This document shows, piece after piece, positions 1 to 10,141 of a DNA stretch of 64,000 nucleotides (positions within the stretch are counted from its first letter, which is position 1; every line of letters begins with the position of its first letter). The translations under genes and the position numbers were made by a program. Source of the stretch: Desulfurococcales archaeon (GTDB lineage Archaea > Thermoproteota > Thermoprotei_A > Sulfolobales > Desulfurococcaceae); contig JALVYU010000011.1 of NCBI GenBank assembly GCA_027022365.1, positions 16,168-80,167 on the forward strand. Direction: 5' to 3'. The notes below the pieces were generated by a model. That model was not told the DNA's origin. It did not search any database and saw only the letters and a program-made list of their open reading frames with translations.

Positions 1-1
1 T

Positions 2-541
2 TGTCGCGGTTATAACAATGATGGTGAGGAGGTTATAAGCGATGAGGGAGTGCCGTTATTCATACCTTTCAATCCTATACCTCATAGGATACCGGGAATG
101 GATAGATTTAGCTCTAAGCAAGTTGCTGTAATGGACAGAAATGAGATCCGCGTCTATAATCTCATAGATTACTCTATAGATTATACCGTTACTAGGCCTC
201 CGTTCACAAGGGGGGTATACAACATCAACCCGGACGATTTAAGCGTTACAGCATTATCGGTTATAATGGGAATGCCCGTTATCGCGAACTATGATTTTAG
301 AGGAGGCATAAGGTGGTCGAGCCACATCATAGGCAATATTTACTATGCATTGGTAGCCTCGGACATCGTTGCTGTACATGAACAGATGAAGAGAAACACC
401 GTTACTAGACTATATAAGATAAAAGACGGGTACCTCCTACAGGAAGAAGTATTCGGTCCAAATGTAATGCCCATAATAGCGAGAAAAAGCTACATCCTAC
501 TAACTGATGGAAGACTAGTTGCTTCCTATATGCTGGAGTGA
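2..541 (+). CDS. hypothetical protein, probably 5'-truncated by the window edge
   Basis: The frame is open from nt 2 to the stop at 539-541, with no in-frame stop upstream of the GTG at 50. No recognisable motif. Confidence 0.3.
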   Translation, partial: CRGYNNDGEEVISDEGVPLFIPFNPIPHRIPGMDRFSSKQVAVMDRNEIRVYNLIDYSIDYTVTRPPFTRGVYNINPDDLSVTALSVIMGMPVIANYDFRGGIRWSSHIIGNIYYALVASDIVAVHEQMKRNTVTRLYKIKDGYLLQEEVFGPNVMPIIARKSYILLTDGRLVASYMLE

Positions 542-1724
542 GGAAAGATTGTATCAAGAAGAAACATTTATACTTGGACTAGTATCCCTCCTAGTACTCG
601 CTAAGATCCTCGAGATACCATTTAGAAAATATAGGCTTCATCCAGTCGCAGCCCATGTCATCGCCGGGATAATACTCGGTCCATACGTCCTAGGAATAGT
701 ATATCCGTCCCCGGAGCTTATGGGCATAGCCTCCTTCGGCCTACTCCTACTAATGTTCTATACAGGCCTAACAACTGATTTTAGAGAACTCAGACGCCAC
801 GGGAGCGCCGTAGTGCTTATGGGTGCCATGGGTGTCACAACCACCTTCCTCCTAGTTCTTACTGTGTCTCTATCTCTCGGTGTCGGCTTATTAGCAGCGA
901 TCTTCCTTGCAGCAGTACTATCTAACACTGCGACCGAGACGGTGGCTGCTATTGTGGCTCATAGAGGCGATGTTAAAAGTAGGAGTTTGCTCGTTGGAGC
1001 GAGCTTTGTTGATGATATCATGGCTGTGTTCATTATAGGCATTATCGCCGGGCTAAATCATGGAGTCATAGATCTAAAATCCCTCGTTATACTATCAATA
1101 AAAACAACTGTTTTTCTCGCAGTAATATTCTATATTAGCGGGCTTCTATCGAGGAGATTCACGGGATTCTATAAGACGATCAGCCACGACTACTTATGGT
1201 TTGCTACGTCCTGTATAATACTAGCTCTCGGCCTCGCCTTCCTCGCGAGAATGGCTGGTTTAAGTGAGCTCATCGGTGCGTACCTGGCCGGGATACTGAT
1301 CGGTAGGGGGAGAGAATTCCATGATCCATTCCTTAGGACGAGGATAGCTATCTCTGAGTTCATAAGCGATTTCACAATAGTGTTAGATGTAATATTCATA
1401 CCATTATTCTTCACATACATAGGAGTAGTATATGTCCCCAGAGCAGTGGAGCCATTATTATATGCTATACTCCTAGCAGTAGCCGTATTCGGCAAATTCG
1501 TTGGAGCAACGCCAATAGCATACAAAATACTCGGGGATAAAAGAAAAAGCTTAGCAGTAGGTCTCGCAATGTCAGGAAGAGGCGCGCTCGAAACAGCACT
1601 GCTTAACCTTGGCTTATCAATAGGAGTAATCAATCAGACATACTATAGCACAGCCATAACAGTAGCTATAACGACAACAATTCTAGCCCCCATTCTCTAT
1701 ATGATAGCTTACCCGAAAGAATAG
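519..1724 (+). CDS. cation:proton antiporter (CPA2 / Kef-type Na+/H+ exchanger family)
   Basis: 401-aa polytopic membrane protein. 'HPVAAHVIAGIILGP' and 'IGAYLAGILIG' are typical of Na_H_Exchanger family helices. The true start may lie downstream of the TTG at 519. Confidence 0.75.
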   Translation: MLPICWSEERLYQEETFILGLVSLLVLAKILEIPFRKYRLHPVAAHVIAGIILGPYVLGIVYPSPELMGIASFGLLLLMFYTGLTTDFRELRRHGSAVVLMGAMGVTTTFLLVLTVSLSLGVGLLAAIFLAAVLSNTATETVAAIVAHRGDVKSRSLLVGASFVDDIMAVFIIGIIAGLNHGVIDLKSLVILSIKTTVFLAVIFYISGLLSRRFTGFYKTISHDYLWFATSCIILALGLAFLARMAGLSELIGAYLAGILIGRGREFHDPFLRTRIAISEFISDFTIVLDVIFIPLFFTYIGVVYVPRAVEPLLYAILLAVAVFGKFVGATPIAYKILGDKRKSLAVGLAMSGRGALETALLNLGLSIGVINQTYYSTAITVAITTTILAPILYMIAYPKE

Positions 1725-1804
1725 AGAAAAGAGTTCAGCCAGGCCCGTTAATTCATCCCCGGAGGACGGGTCATCCCTTCTAAGCCTCATCCTCAGCAAC
1801 TATC

Positions 1805-3472
1805 TTATCTAAGAATATCTAATAAATCATTAAGATAAACCTCCGCTACTACGACGGGTCTATCGATCCCTAATTCTCTAAGAGTCCTAGGATGTACTTC
1901 GCCGACGAATCCTATGCGTTTATCATTATGGACTATGAATGCTGTCCTCTGCTTCAGCAATCCATTAACATATCCTTTTTCAAATTTATGAGCCACACCT
2001 AGCCTATCAAGTATGGCGTGAACATATGCTAGACCATCAGTCAGCGTAGCTTTTTCATGGCTTATCGCTATACCGAGCCTCCTCTCGATCCTAGCACCTG
2101 TCGGGCTCTCAGGATCGGGAAGCACAACGTCGCCTACCTCAAAGATCTTTATCACTGGTTCGCGCTCCTGGTTCTCTCTCACAATATTTACTAGGCCAGG
2201 AGTCAACCATCTTCTCAGTCCGGTATATTTCTCCATTTTGGGATTAAGCACCTTAATGATGGGTTTCTCCGAGCCGAACACTTTGCTTTGCATGTAATAG
2301 TTGCTCATCATGTAGTTGGCGACCTCGACGAAGCCGTAGCTAGCTGTTATGAGCCTTATCCTTCTAGATAAGAACTCGATTGGATGAATCCTCCCCGGGC
2401 CTTTCGAGGGAGGTATATCATACGATGTCTTACCGATATTGTCAAGCCCATACATTATTGCGAGCTCCTCGATAATATCTATCTCGGTTTTAAGATCAAT
2501 ACGATATGGAGGAACTAGTGCTTCCAAGACATTGCCGGGCTTAATCCTTGTCTCTATACCTGACTTTAACAGTAGTTCAATACTTGTTTCTAGGGATAGC
2601 TCAACTCCTAGTACATCTCTAGTTTTTTCTAGGCTAATGTTTATTATAGGGCCTCTATCCCTTGGGGCTATAACGATCTTGCCTTTGTCCGTGATCGTGG
2701 AGACGTAGGCAATAGTTTTAGTTTTGCTTCTCTCTGCAATACTGGTTGCCATAATTGTTACCATATCAATGACAGTATCCAGATCAGTCCCCGTAGAATC
2801 TATCAGTATATTTTTGGTTTCAACCGTCACCTTGGTATCTTCACCATTAATTATCGGTGGCAGTGATAATATCTTGCCATTAGCATCTCTGATCACCGGA
2901 TACTTCTCCCAAGAAGCTATCAAATATCCATATTCTTGCCCCTTCTCAGTCCTGGATAGGATCTCCTTTAATGTTAGTTCTTTCTCTCCTTCGAGCGGGA
3001 CTAGCTTGGTCTTCTCAGGATCAACCAGCTCATAATAGACGGGCATTTCAAACTTATCCAGATCATAGACGCCTATACTAGCTTTTCTCCTTCTCCTGCC
3101 ATATGTTATAGCAAGTTTTTCTTGGAGCTGCATCATTTGTTTAACCGCTTCCTCGTCTAGCTCGAGATCCCTCACTACTGCGAAGGCAACATGTGGTCTC
3201 CGAGGAACTCCTTTGTTATAGGCCTTATAGCCAAGATCAACATAGTTGTATTTAGGTATCTCCATATACAAGAATGAACGAACAGCTCTAGCAACACCTT
3301 CGGCGCTATAAAGGTCGGGTCGGTCATGGGTAGTCTCGAACTCTATGGTATCATCCTCAATGACTTCGATCTCACACTTAATCCTTGGAAGAATATCCAT
3401 TATTTCTTCATCAGATAGCTCTTTACCGACAAGTCTTTCTAGGTCCTTTCTCGATACCCTAATAACGGGCAA
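1805..3472 (-). CDS. pheT: phenylalanine--tRNA ligase beta subunit (archaeal type)
   Basis: 555 aa. The N-terminus 'MPVIRVSRKDLERLVGKELSDEEIMDILPRIKCEIE' and the B3/4-B5 layout are characteristic of archaeal PheRS beta. Confidence 0.9.
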   Translation of the reverse strand: MPVIRVSRKDLERLVGKELSDEEIMDILPRIKCEIEVIEDDTIEFETTHDRPDLYSAEGVARAVRSFLYMEIPKYNYVDLGYKAYNKGVPRRPHVAFAVVRDLELDEEAVKQMMQLQEKLAITYGRRRRKASIGVYDLDKFEMPVYYELVDPEKTKLVPLEGEKELTLKEILSRTEKGQEYGYLIASWEKYPVIRDANGKILSLPPIINGEDTKVTVETKNILIDSTGTDLDTVIDMVTIMATSIAERSKTKTIAYVSTITDKGKIVIAPRDRGPIINISLEKTRDVLGVELSLETSIELLLKSGIETRIKPGNVLEALVPPYRIDLKTEIDIIEELAIMYGLDNIGKTSYDIPPSKGPGRIHPIEFLSRRIRLITASYGFVEVANYMMSNYYMQSKVFGSEKPIIKVLNPKMEKYTGLRRWLTPGLVNIVRENQEREPVIKIFEVGDVVLPDPESPTGARIERRLGIAISHEKATLTDGLAYVHAILDRLGVAHKFEKGYVNGLLKQRTAFIVHNDKRIGFVGEVHPRTLRELGIDRPVVVAEVYLNDLLDILR

Positions 3473-3581
3473 CTGATACCCCTCAAGAACAAATCTATCT
3501 GAAACAAAAATCTACGGCTAACCCTATACTAAAATCTATCACTACTCTGTATCAAAATAATATAACTGTTAGGGGAGCCTA

Positions 3582-4634
3582 TTGGACAATCATTCGCGGT
3601 TACATATCGTTTGGTGTGATAGCCTTGGTGCTAAATCGTTTTCTTTCGCTATAGAAACTCGTAAAGGATACATCCTAATTGATCCCGGTGCAGCTGCTCT
3701 TCAGCCTTCTTATCCTCTCGACCCAGACACTAAGAGAGAGCTGAGGAGAAGAGCGGTCCGTGAGATCGAGAAATATGCGCGTCGCTCGAAAATAGTCATT
3801 ATAACTCATTACCATTATGATCACCATATTCTGCCTAGCGATAAAGATCTGGGCCATAATATTTATATGGGGAAGAAACTCTTTGTCAAGAACCCGAACA
3901 TATATATTAATAAAAGTCAGTGGAAAAGAGCGAGGCTATTCTTATCAGAACTATTAGCCATGATCGGTGAAAACATCGGGAAATACCAGGAATCACCACC
4001 TGACATCGAATTACCTAACCCTACAGAAACATTAGATCATGCTCTATCTAAGGACTTCGGCGATTATAATATAAGGAGAAAAGAGTTACTGGAAAAAGGA
4101 AAAGAATGGTTCAGACGACTAATGAGACTATGGCTTGGTAACAAATGGCTTCGCGAAATACAGGCTGATCATTTCGAAATATATTGGGCTGAAGGCAGAA
4201 TTATCAAGCACAGCGATGCAGTGATAAGATTTCTGGAGCCCTGGTATCACGGCATAGAATACGATAGGACTGGCTGGATTGTCCCCGTCATAATTGATAT
4301 TGGAAATAAGAGAATATTTTATACGAGCGATGTAATGGGGCCAATAATAGAGGATTATGCCTACTATATAGCTGATTCTAAACCAGATATACTATTGCTT
4401 GATGGCCCACCTACATACCTATACCCGTTCATGTTTAACAAAATAAATTTGAATAGGGCGATAGAAAATATCCTATACATTATCGATCAGAGGCCCGGAT
4501 TGATAATTTATGATCATCATCTATTGAGAGACCCGAACTGGAAGAAATATGTAGAAAAAGTGGTCGAATATGCAGATAAAAAGAAGGTTTTACTGAGGAC
4601 TTGCCATGACATAAAGACTTGTTCTCCTCGCTAA
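3582..4634 (+). CDS. metallo-beta-lactamase-fold protein (UPF0282-like)
   Basis: 'ILIDPGAA' and the 'ITHYHYDHH' metal-binding motif. Recalled similarity to the archaeal UPF0282 family. Confidence 0.55.
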   Translation: MDNHSRLHIVWCDSLGAKSFSFAIETRKGYILIDPGAAALQPSYPLDPDTKRELRRRAVREIEKYARRSKIVIITHYHYDHHILPSDKDLGHNIYMGKKLFVKNPNIYINKSQWKRARLFLSELLAMIGENIGKYQESPPDIELPNPTETLDHALSKDFGDYNIRRKELLEKGKEWFRRLMRLWLGNKWLREIQADHFEIYWAEGRIIKHSDAVIRFLEPWYHGIEYDRTGWIVPVIIDIGNKRIFYTSDVMGPIIEDYAYYIADSKPDILLLDGPPTYLYPFMFNKINLNRAIENILYIIDQRPGLIIYDHHLLRDPNWKKYVEKVVEYADKKKVLLRTCHDIKTCSPR

Positions 4635-6259
4635 TGAAGTAGTTCTTCCTTGATCCTGTTAAAGGCATCGGTTATTTTCTTCTCTTCATTATCACGCCAT
4701 CTTAGCAGTTTCTCTGACTGATAGTACTTCCCTATCATCTTTGGATCTGTTACTCCTAAACTGTAGAGTAGAGGCGCGTAGAGGCCAAGATACTCGATCG
4801 AGCCCTTTATCTTCCTCAGCTCTTCATACTCTTCAATGCCGAGTACGTTCATTATTTTTCTCGATGTTATAGGTGATGGTAGCAACGGCTTATCGGCCGC
4901 GCTGTCCAGGAGTTTTTCGGAGATAAGCTTGGTTGGACTGATTATGGGTTGTACTCCGCGTTTAGTGCTCTCTAGATAATACCATCCAAGCCTGTAGTTG
5001 TTGAAGGCTTTGACAGCTTTCGTTGCTTCTTCATTGTTTTTGAGTATATGGTAGGCTAAAAGGGAAGCTGCTATGGCGCGGTTAAGGCTATCCCTGCTAA
5101 TAGTGTCGAAGGTATCCATGTCGGTGTGATAGTATTTGCTTGGCCACTCATTGAACATGGTTGCGGGTACACCGGTTGCAAGCGCCACATCGTGATCGCT
5201 TCCCATGGTGTATGGGTTGATCTCCCACTTATACCTCGGTAGACTATTGCCCCCGAAGCTTGAAGCCGAGTTAAACACTGTGTATGCTGCTACCCATGCG
5301 GTAGCCGCTGGTCTTTCGTCGACGAATAGTGGGGGCGCGACAATTGATAGGCTCGAGCCTGTTATCCACTGCTTTGAGCCGATCATGTCGAGGTTTATAA
5401 CGTATTCAGGCCTAATCTTGTTGAGAATAGGGATCGAGCCCGTATATTCCGGTACCCATACAACTGCCCAGTCTTCTTCGTTTTGCTCCGATAAGTACTT
5501 TGCGATCGATATGAGAGCGGTGCTTCCACTGCCATTATCATGGGCTCCTGGCTTAGGATGACATATATGAGCTATGAAGAGTATTCTCGGGTTCTTGCTG
5601 CCAACGTAAAGTATGGGGAGGCCCTTGTCGTGCCATTTAACTTTAACACTCCAGGAGACGGTTACTTCATGGCCTTTAACCAGTTTCTCAAGTATTTTTA
5701 GAGCGGCCGATGCCGGTATACCCACTACAGCCGGTCCTTTCGTGTTTCCAGGCTTTAGGAAGAGGCCTGTGTAGGGTACAGCTTCGGCGTATCTAGACCT
5801 CGTATAGTACACTATGAGCCTGGAATCTCTGTGTTTCTCGAATAAGGATGTTAATAGTCCTGTGCCAAGTATTGCTTCTTCGCCTTCTCTCTCGATACTT
5901 AGCTTGGCCTCTCCTTCACCTGCAGGGCTATGGGCTGAAACAAGGGTCGGGTGTTCATGCATGTCTAATTTGAGTAGTACTTCGTCTTCTTCTCTAATTT
6001 CGATCCAGCCATCAATGGGATCCCAAGAAGCAGGTGCTTCGAGGAATCCTAGCTTCTCGCCCTGCTTTACTTTGATCACCTTGGAGCTGATTCCATGGTC
6101 TGACAGAATCTCCCTGATGCTGTTCACTGCGTCCCATAATCCGGTCGAGCCCTGTAATCTATGGTACCATGTAATCTTTTTCAGAGAATCATAGGCTAGC
6201 CATGGATCGATCTTTTTCCTGATATTTGAGAGCGTGTCGTTTATGGACAAACACAACAC
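4631..6259 (-). CDS. M28-family aminopeptidase-like protein
   Basis: 'HICHPKPGAHDNGSGSTALI' and 'MGSDHDV' resemble Zn-ligand motifs of peptidase M28 / DUF4910-type proteins. Confidence 0.55.
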   Translation of the reverse strand: MLCLSINDTLSNIRKKIDPWLAYDSLKKITWYHRLQGSTGLWDAVNSIREILSDHGISSKVIKVKQGEKLGFLEAPASWDPIDGWIEIREEDEVLLKLDMHEHPTLVSAHSPAGEGEAKLSIEREGEEAILGTGLLTSLFEKHRDSRLIVYYTRSRYAEAVPYTGLFLKPGNTKGPAVVGIPASAALKILEKLVKGHEVTVSWSVKVKWHDKGLPILYVGSKNPRILFIAHICHPKPGAHDNGSGSTALISIAKYLSEQNEEDWAVVWVPEYTGSIPILNKIRPEYVINLDMIGSKQWITGSSLSIVAPPLFVDERPAATAWVAAYTVFNSASSFGGNSLPRYKWEINPYTMGSDHDVALATGVPATMFNEWPSKYYHTDMDTFDTISRDSLNRAIAASLLAYHILKNNEEATKAVKAFNNYRLGWYYLESTKRGVQPIISPTKLISEKLLDSAADKPLLPSPITSRKIMNVLGIEEYEELRKIKGSIEYLGLYAPLLYSLGVTDPKMIGKYYQSEKLLRWRDNEEKKITDAFNRIKEELLH

Positions 6260-6304
6260 CCCGGTAAGAAGTATTATTTAAATTTAAATAAATATAACGT
6301 TGTT

Positions 6305-6892
6305 CTAGTCCCGCCGTCTCCTAGCCTTTACCATTTCCAAGATCCTCTTGAAACCGCTATACTCACTGGTTTTCATAGCCATGTATACTAGCGATTCGGA
6401 TGGTAGAATAATGGCGCCTAGTCTAGCCATATGGGATAATGTATAATGGTAATCAGAATCTATTTGTGAAGCCGTAGCATCGGGTGGCACATAGACCCTG
6501 TAGCCTTCATCTAGGGCATCCATAACTGATTGGAGTATACAAATATGCGTCTCGATACCAGTTATGATGAGCTGTTGTTTTTGGAGACCCTCAATGTAAG
6601 CAGCTATTTTCTCGTCGCCGAAAATACTGAAGCTCTTCTTCTCAAAGAACGCGGTCTTCTCGGGGATATGATCCTTTATTTCTCGAGCTATATCGCCCAG
6701 CTTTACTTGTTTAGTTATGATCACAGGCATTTTCTCCTGCTCTGCAAGACCTAGCAGCAATACAATGTTTTTAATGACTTCTTTACGTCTATCTATTATT
6801 TTCAATAGCTTGTCCTGCATATCAACGATTACTAGTGCAGCCTTCCTAGGATTAAACCTCACGTTATCACCCAGATAATACCTGGGTAACAA
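6305..6892 (-). CDS. isochorismatase-family hydrolase (nicotinamidase-like)
   Basis: 'AALVIVDMQ' and 'LIITGIETHICILQSVMDALDEGYRVYV' carry the catalytic Asp/Lys/Cys pattern of cysteine hydrolases. Confidence 0.75.
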   Translation of the reverse strand: MLPRYYLGDNVRFNPRKAALVIVDMQDKLLKIIDRRKEVIKNIVLLLGLAEQEKMPVIITKQVKLGDIAREIKDHIPEKTAFFEKKSFSIFGDEKIAAYIEGLQKQQLIITGIETHICILQSVMDALDEGYRVYVPPDATASQIDSDYHYTLSHMARLGAIILPSESLVYMAMKTSEYSGFKRILEMVKARRRRD

Positions 6893-6947
6893 CGTTATTA
6901 TAGGTGTTATAACCTATTCATGCCCCATTATTTTTTCGGTGTAGCAA

Positions 6948-7190
6948 ATGTCGGCGGCAACAATTGATCTTGGCGGCATTGTTGTAGGCGTTGATGATAT
7001 GCTCGAGTATATTGATGAGGAGAGACGTAAATTAGCACAGAAGTATGGTGCACGGGATCTCGCCGAGCTGATATTCCTCATCAACTCAGGCCTCATACCG
7101 TTAAGTGATGTCATCTATATTAGGAATAGACTCCATATTCTCGACGAGATGGAGAAATCAGTTCTTGAGGAAAAAATAATGAGAAGATGA
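6948..7190 (+). CDS. small hypothetical protein
   Basis: 80-aa ATG-initiated ORF in an otherwise unassigned gap. No motif recognised. Confidence 0.25.
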   Translation: MSAATIDLGGIVVGVDDMLEYIDEERRKLAQKYGARDLAELIFLINSGLIPLSDVIYIRNRLHILDEMEKSVLEEKIMRR

Positions 7191-7250
7191 TCAGTCTCAG
7201 TAATGATTACTTCAGTGTTAGGTCAAAGACACCATATTTTATTCTGATAC

Positions 7251-7676
7251 ATGGATAGTATCATACTGGTGTTACCTATGATTATCGGAAAAGGTCCTTG
7301 CGGAGAAAAGATCGGATATTATGAACTCGTCGAAGAACAAAAAGTACCTGATGATATGGGTACACAAACTTTTGTTAGGTGGCTAATCAAAGAAGATGAT
7401 GGTGCAAAAGCATTCGCGATGCGTTTGTTCACGATAAAGCCTGGTGGACACATCAACCTACATCATCATCCCTGGGAACACGAAATATTTGTTCTGGAAG
7501 GTGTAGGCGAGATCAGGATAGGTTCGAGAGTATACAGGGTTTCCCAGGGATTCTTCATATATGTGCCGCCGAACGTCGAGCACGAGTACTGGAACAAAGG
7601 AGATAAAGATCTGAAGTTCCTCTGTATGATACCCCTCAAGCCCACGGTTAATTCTGATGAAAAAATTGAGTGTTAG
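7251..7676 (+). CDS. cupin-domain protein
   Basis: 'GGHINLHHHPWEHEIFVLEGVGE' and 'PPNVEHEY' are the two cupin His motifs. Confidence 0.7.
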   Translation: MDSIILVLPMIIGKGPCGEKIGYYELVEEQKVPDDMGTQTFVRWLIKEDDGAKAFAMRLFTIKPGGHINLHHHPWEHEIFVLEGVGEIRIGSRVYRVSQGFFIYVPPNVEHEYWNKGDKDLKFLCMIPLKPTVNSDEKIEC

Positions 7677-8545
7677 GTGTATTTGTTTTGAGGATAGGAA
7701 TAATAGGAACAGGAAGAATGGGCTCGGCTCTCGCAGAGTACTTGGCAGAGAAGAACATTGAGCTCGTAGTATATAATCGTACTAGGGCTAAGGCGGAAGA
7801 GCTGTGCGGGAGGATAGAATGTAGTGTAGTTGAGGCGCCCAGTAACATGGAGGATGTTGATGCGATAATAATCTTTGTTTTTGACGATAATTCCTTGCTG
7901 GAAATCGTGGGTGGGGAGCATGGCTTACTCCAGCTTAGGAACAAGGATATCCTAATAATGAACTCGACCACGATCACACCTACAACTAGCCTATATGTGT
8001 ACAATATCCTGAAGAACGCGGGGTTGCATTACGTCGAATCGCCCGTATATGGAAGCAGGGATCAAGCTAGAACAGGCAAACTAATAACAATACTTGCTGG
8101 CGATGAGGATGACTTAGATACAGCTGAAAAAATAGCTTCGCTGTATAGTCAAGAAGTGTTTAGGGTAGGCTTAGTCCCTACGGCTTCAGCGATAAAGTTG
8201 GCGCTCAACAATATAGGATTAGTTATGCCGGCTCTGATCGGGGAGAGCCTAGCTATTCTTGAAGCCTATGGGATTGAACACGAGAAATTCCTACGCATAT
8301 CGTCTAAGCTATGGTTTGGCGAAGCAGTCAAAAAGTATTACTTGAGAGCTATGAATGAGAGACAAGAATCGAAATTCAGTGTAGCTGGAGCGGCTAAGGA
8401 TTACTCGCTCATCGCTAGGGCTCTTCATGATGCGGGATATGTTGCTGTAGTATCGTCCGGTCTTGCAAACTACTATAAGGCTGCGGCCGAGGAGATGCCG
8501 GAGGAAGATTATCCTAAGGCTATGAGGCTCTTAATAAAGGAGTAA
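7670..8545 (+). CDS. NAD(P)-dependent beta-hydroxyacid dehydrogenase family (3-hydroxyisobutyrate / 6-phosphogluconate dehydrogenase-like)
   Basis: N-terminal Rossmann motif 'RIGIIGTGRMGSALAEYL', about 290 aa. Overlaps the cupin gene by 7 nt. Confidence 0.7.
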   Translation: MLGVFVLRIGIIGTGRMGSALAEYLAEKNIELVVYNRTRAKAEELCGRIECSVVEAPSNMEDVDAIIIFVFDDNSLLEIVGGEHGLLQLRNKDILIMNSTTITPTTSLYVYNILKNAGLHYVESPVYGSRDQARTGKLITILAGDEDDLDTAEKIASLYSQEVFRVGLVPTASAIKLALNNIGLVMPALIGESLAILEAYGIEHEKFLRISSKLWFGEAVKKYYLRAMNERQESKFSVAGAAKDYSLIARALHDAGYVAVVSSGLANYYKAAAEEMPEEDYPKAMRLLIKE

Positions 8546-8552
8546 AAACTTT

Positions 8553-8993
8553 TTACCTAACAATTATCACCGTTACGGGCGCATTAATAGCTATCGATAA
8601 TGCCTTGCTTCCTAGGTATATTTCTCCGCTCAGCGTTCTCCCCCTTGCACCGAGTACTACGAGGTCATAGTTTCCATCAACTATTTCCTCGAGTATTGCC
8701 TGTGATGTACTTGACTCGGCGGGATTGAACTCTTTGGTCTTATAAGCTATTTCTACTCCTCTACCCTTGACACGGTTCTTGGCTTTCTCTATTGGGTCTA
8801 CCTCGGGATTAAAACCTGTTGGCTTCACATGGATTACGGTTACTTTTGAACCATAGTGTTTGGCTAGGTCTATTGCTAGGTCTAGTGCTTTGAGACTGTT
8901 TTCGCTCCCGTCGACGGGGACGAGTATTTTGCGGAACATGAAGCTTATCTCGTATGTGGGTGCTTCTCTATAGCTCATAATTTTCACCTCCAT
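8553..8993 (-). CDS. universal stress protein (UspA family)
   Basis: 'FRKILVPVDGSENSLKALDLAIDLAK' and 'DLVVLGARGR...GSKALSI' are Usp hallmarks. The real start is probably the internal Met before FRKIL. Confidence 0.8.
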   Translation of the reverse strand: MEVKIMSYREAPTYEISFMFRKILVPVDGSENSLKALDLAIDLAKHYGSKVTVIHVKPTGFNPEVDPIEKAKNRVKGRGVEIAYKTKEFNPAESSTSQAILEEIVDGNYDLVVLGARGRTLSGEIYLGSKALSIAINAPVTVIIVR

Positions 8994-9018
8994 CTATATT
9001 CTAGGTAATTGTGGGGTA

Positions 9019-10089
9019 TTACGATTTGGGTATGGAGAACATTTCGCGAAAAATACCTATTTTGAGAGTTTGATCAGTTATCCTTATCGACTCCTCCGGA
9101 TTCTTGGCTAAGCCCATAACAGCTCTTATAGCATCGATGTTCTCGGGGACAACTATAGATTCTTGGTGTACTGCCTGCATCAGTATTACTTCGTTACCAG
9201 AGACATGGATGCTGTCCTCCCATACTATTAGCTCTGGGACGTCGCTTCTCTTCCTGCCAAGATCTCGTGCGGCCTCAATTATCTTGGCAGTAGAATCTAT
9301 GCCTGTCAGCTCTGCATTCACTAATGCTATTCTTCTCCTAGCAGAGAGAGCGTTGATTATGTCGCCTCTAGTCATCGGGTTCTCGAACTCTATGTTGACT
9401 ATGTGGAGGTGCATCAACGTGGTTGGAACGATTACAGCTGTCGTGACTATATTGAGATCCCTAAGCACAGTCTTAACATCAACGCCATGGTGACTTGGCA
9501 CTGTTACTGGATTCGGCTTGATAGAGTTTATGGGGCCTTTCTTGTCTTCCTTAGGATCAGCTGCTCTTCTGACTATTGTTGCTCTAACTCTTCTTATCTT
9601 GTTGTAGGTATTAAGGCTACATAATAGCCTTAGTAACCCGGTTGTGTTGCAGCTCACTACTCTTATGTATTTCTTGTCTAGGCATTCATCGTAGTTGCAG
9701 TAGCTATTGAAGCTCGCATCGGCAATATCCGGCTTCTCTCCTCCTTGAAACAATGCTTTAACACCGTACTTCTCGTATAGGGGCTTATACTTTGCACCGA
9801 TACCTGCAGGTGTAGCATCAACCACTATATCGGCTTCCCTAAGCATGTCCTCGATGGTTCCGGCGACACTGATCCCATTATTCTCGAAGAGCTTGACGTG
9901 TTCTCTGGATGTGTATATGGGTATCTTCATCCTATATGCTAGTAGGGCGGCATAGTCAGGCCTCGTTTTAGCGATCCCTATGAGCTCCATGTCTGGCTGT
10001 AGCATTATTGCTTCTGCAACCCTCTTGCCTATCGTTCCATAGCCGTTAACTGCAACTTTGATCTTCCTCATAAGCGCTATCACCTCCAA
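9019..10089 (-). CDS. gap: glyceraldehyde-3-phosphate dehydrogenase, archaeal type II
   Basis: 'KVAVNGYGTIGKRVAEAI' and 'VVSCNTTGL' (catalytic Cys). Typical archaeal length, adjacent to pgk. Confidence 0.9.
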   Translation of the reverse strand: MEVIALMRKIKVAVNGYGTIGKRVAEAIMLQPDMELIGIAKTRPDYAALLAYRMKIPIYTSREHVKLFENNGISVAGTIEDMLREADIVVDATPAGIGAKYKPLYEKYGVKALFQGGEKPDIADASFNSYCNYDECLDKKYIRVVSCNTTGLLRLLCSLNTYNKIRRVRATIVRRAADPKEDKKGPINSIKPNPVTVPSHHGVDVKTVLRDLNIVTTAVIVPTTLMHLHIVNIEFENPMTRGDIINALSARRRIALVNAELTGIDSTAKIIEAARDLGRKRSDVPELIVWEDSIHVSGNEVILMQAVHQESIVVPENIDAIRAVMGLAKNPEESIRITDQTLKIGIFREMFSIPKS

Positions 10090-10141
10090 GTATTCTAGTC
10101 TTAATTATAAAATCAATGAAGAGGGACCGACTAGGTGTGTT

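Noticed and set aside
1743-1777. Short hairpin (CCCGT...ACGGG) and TCATCCC direct repeat between the convergent antiporter and pheT genes
   Set aside because: The stem is only 5 bp with a 17-nt loop. It fits chance or a weak bidirectional terminator and is not distinctive enough to report as a feature.
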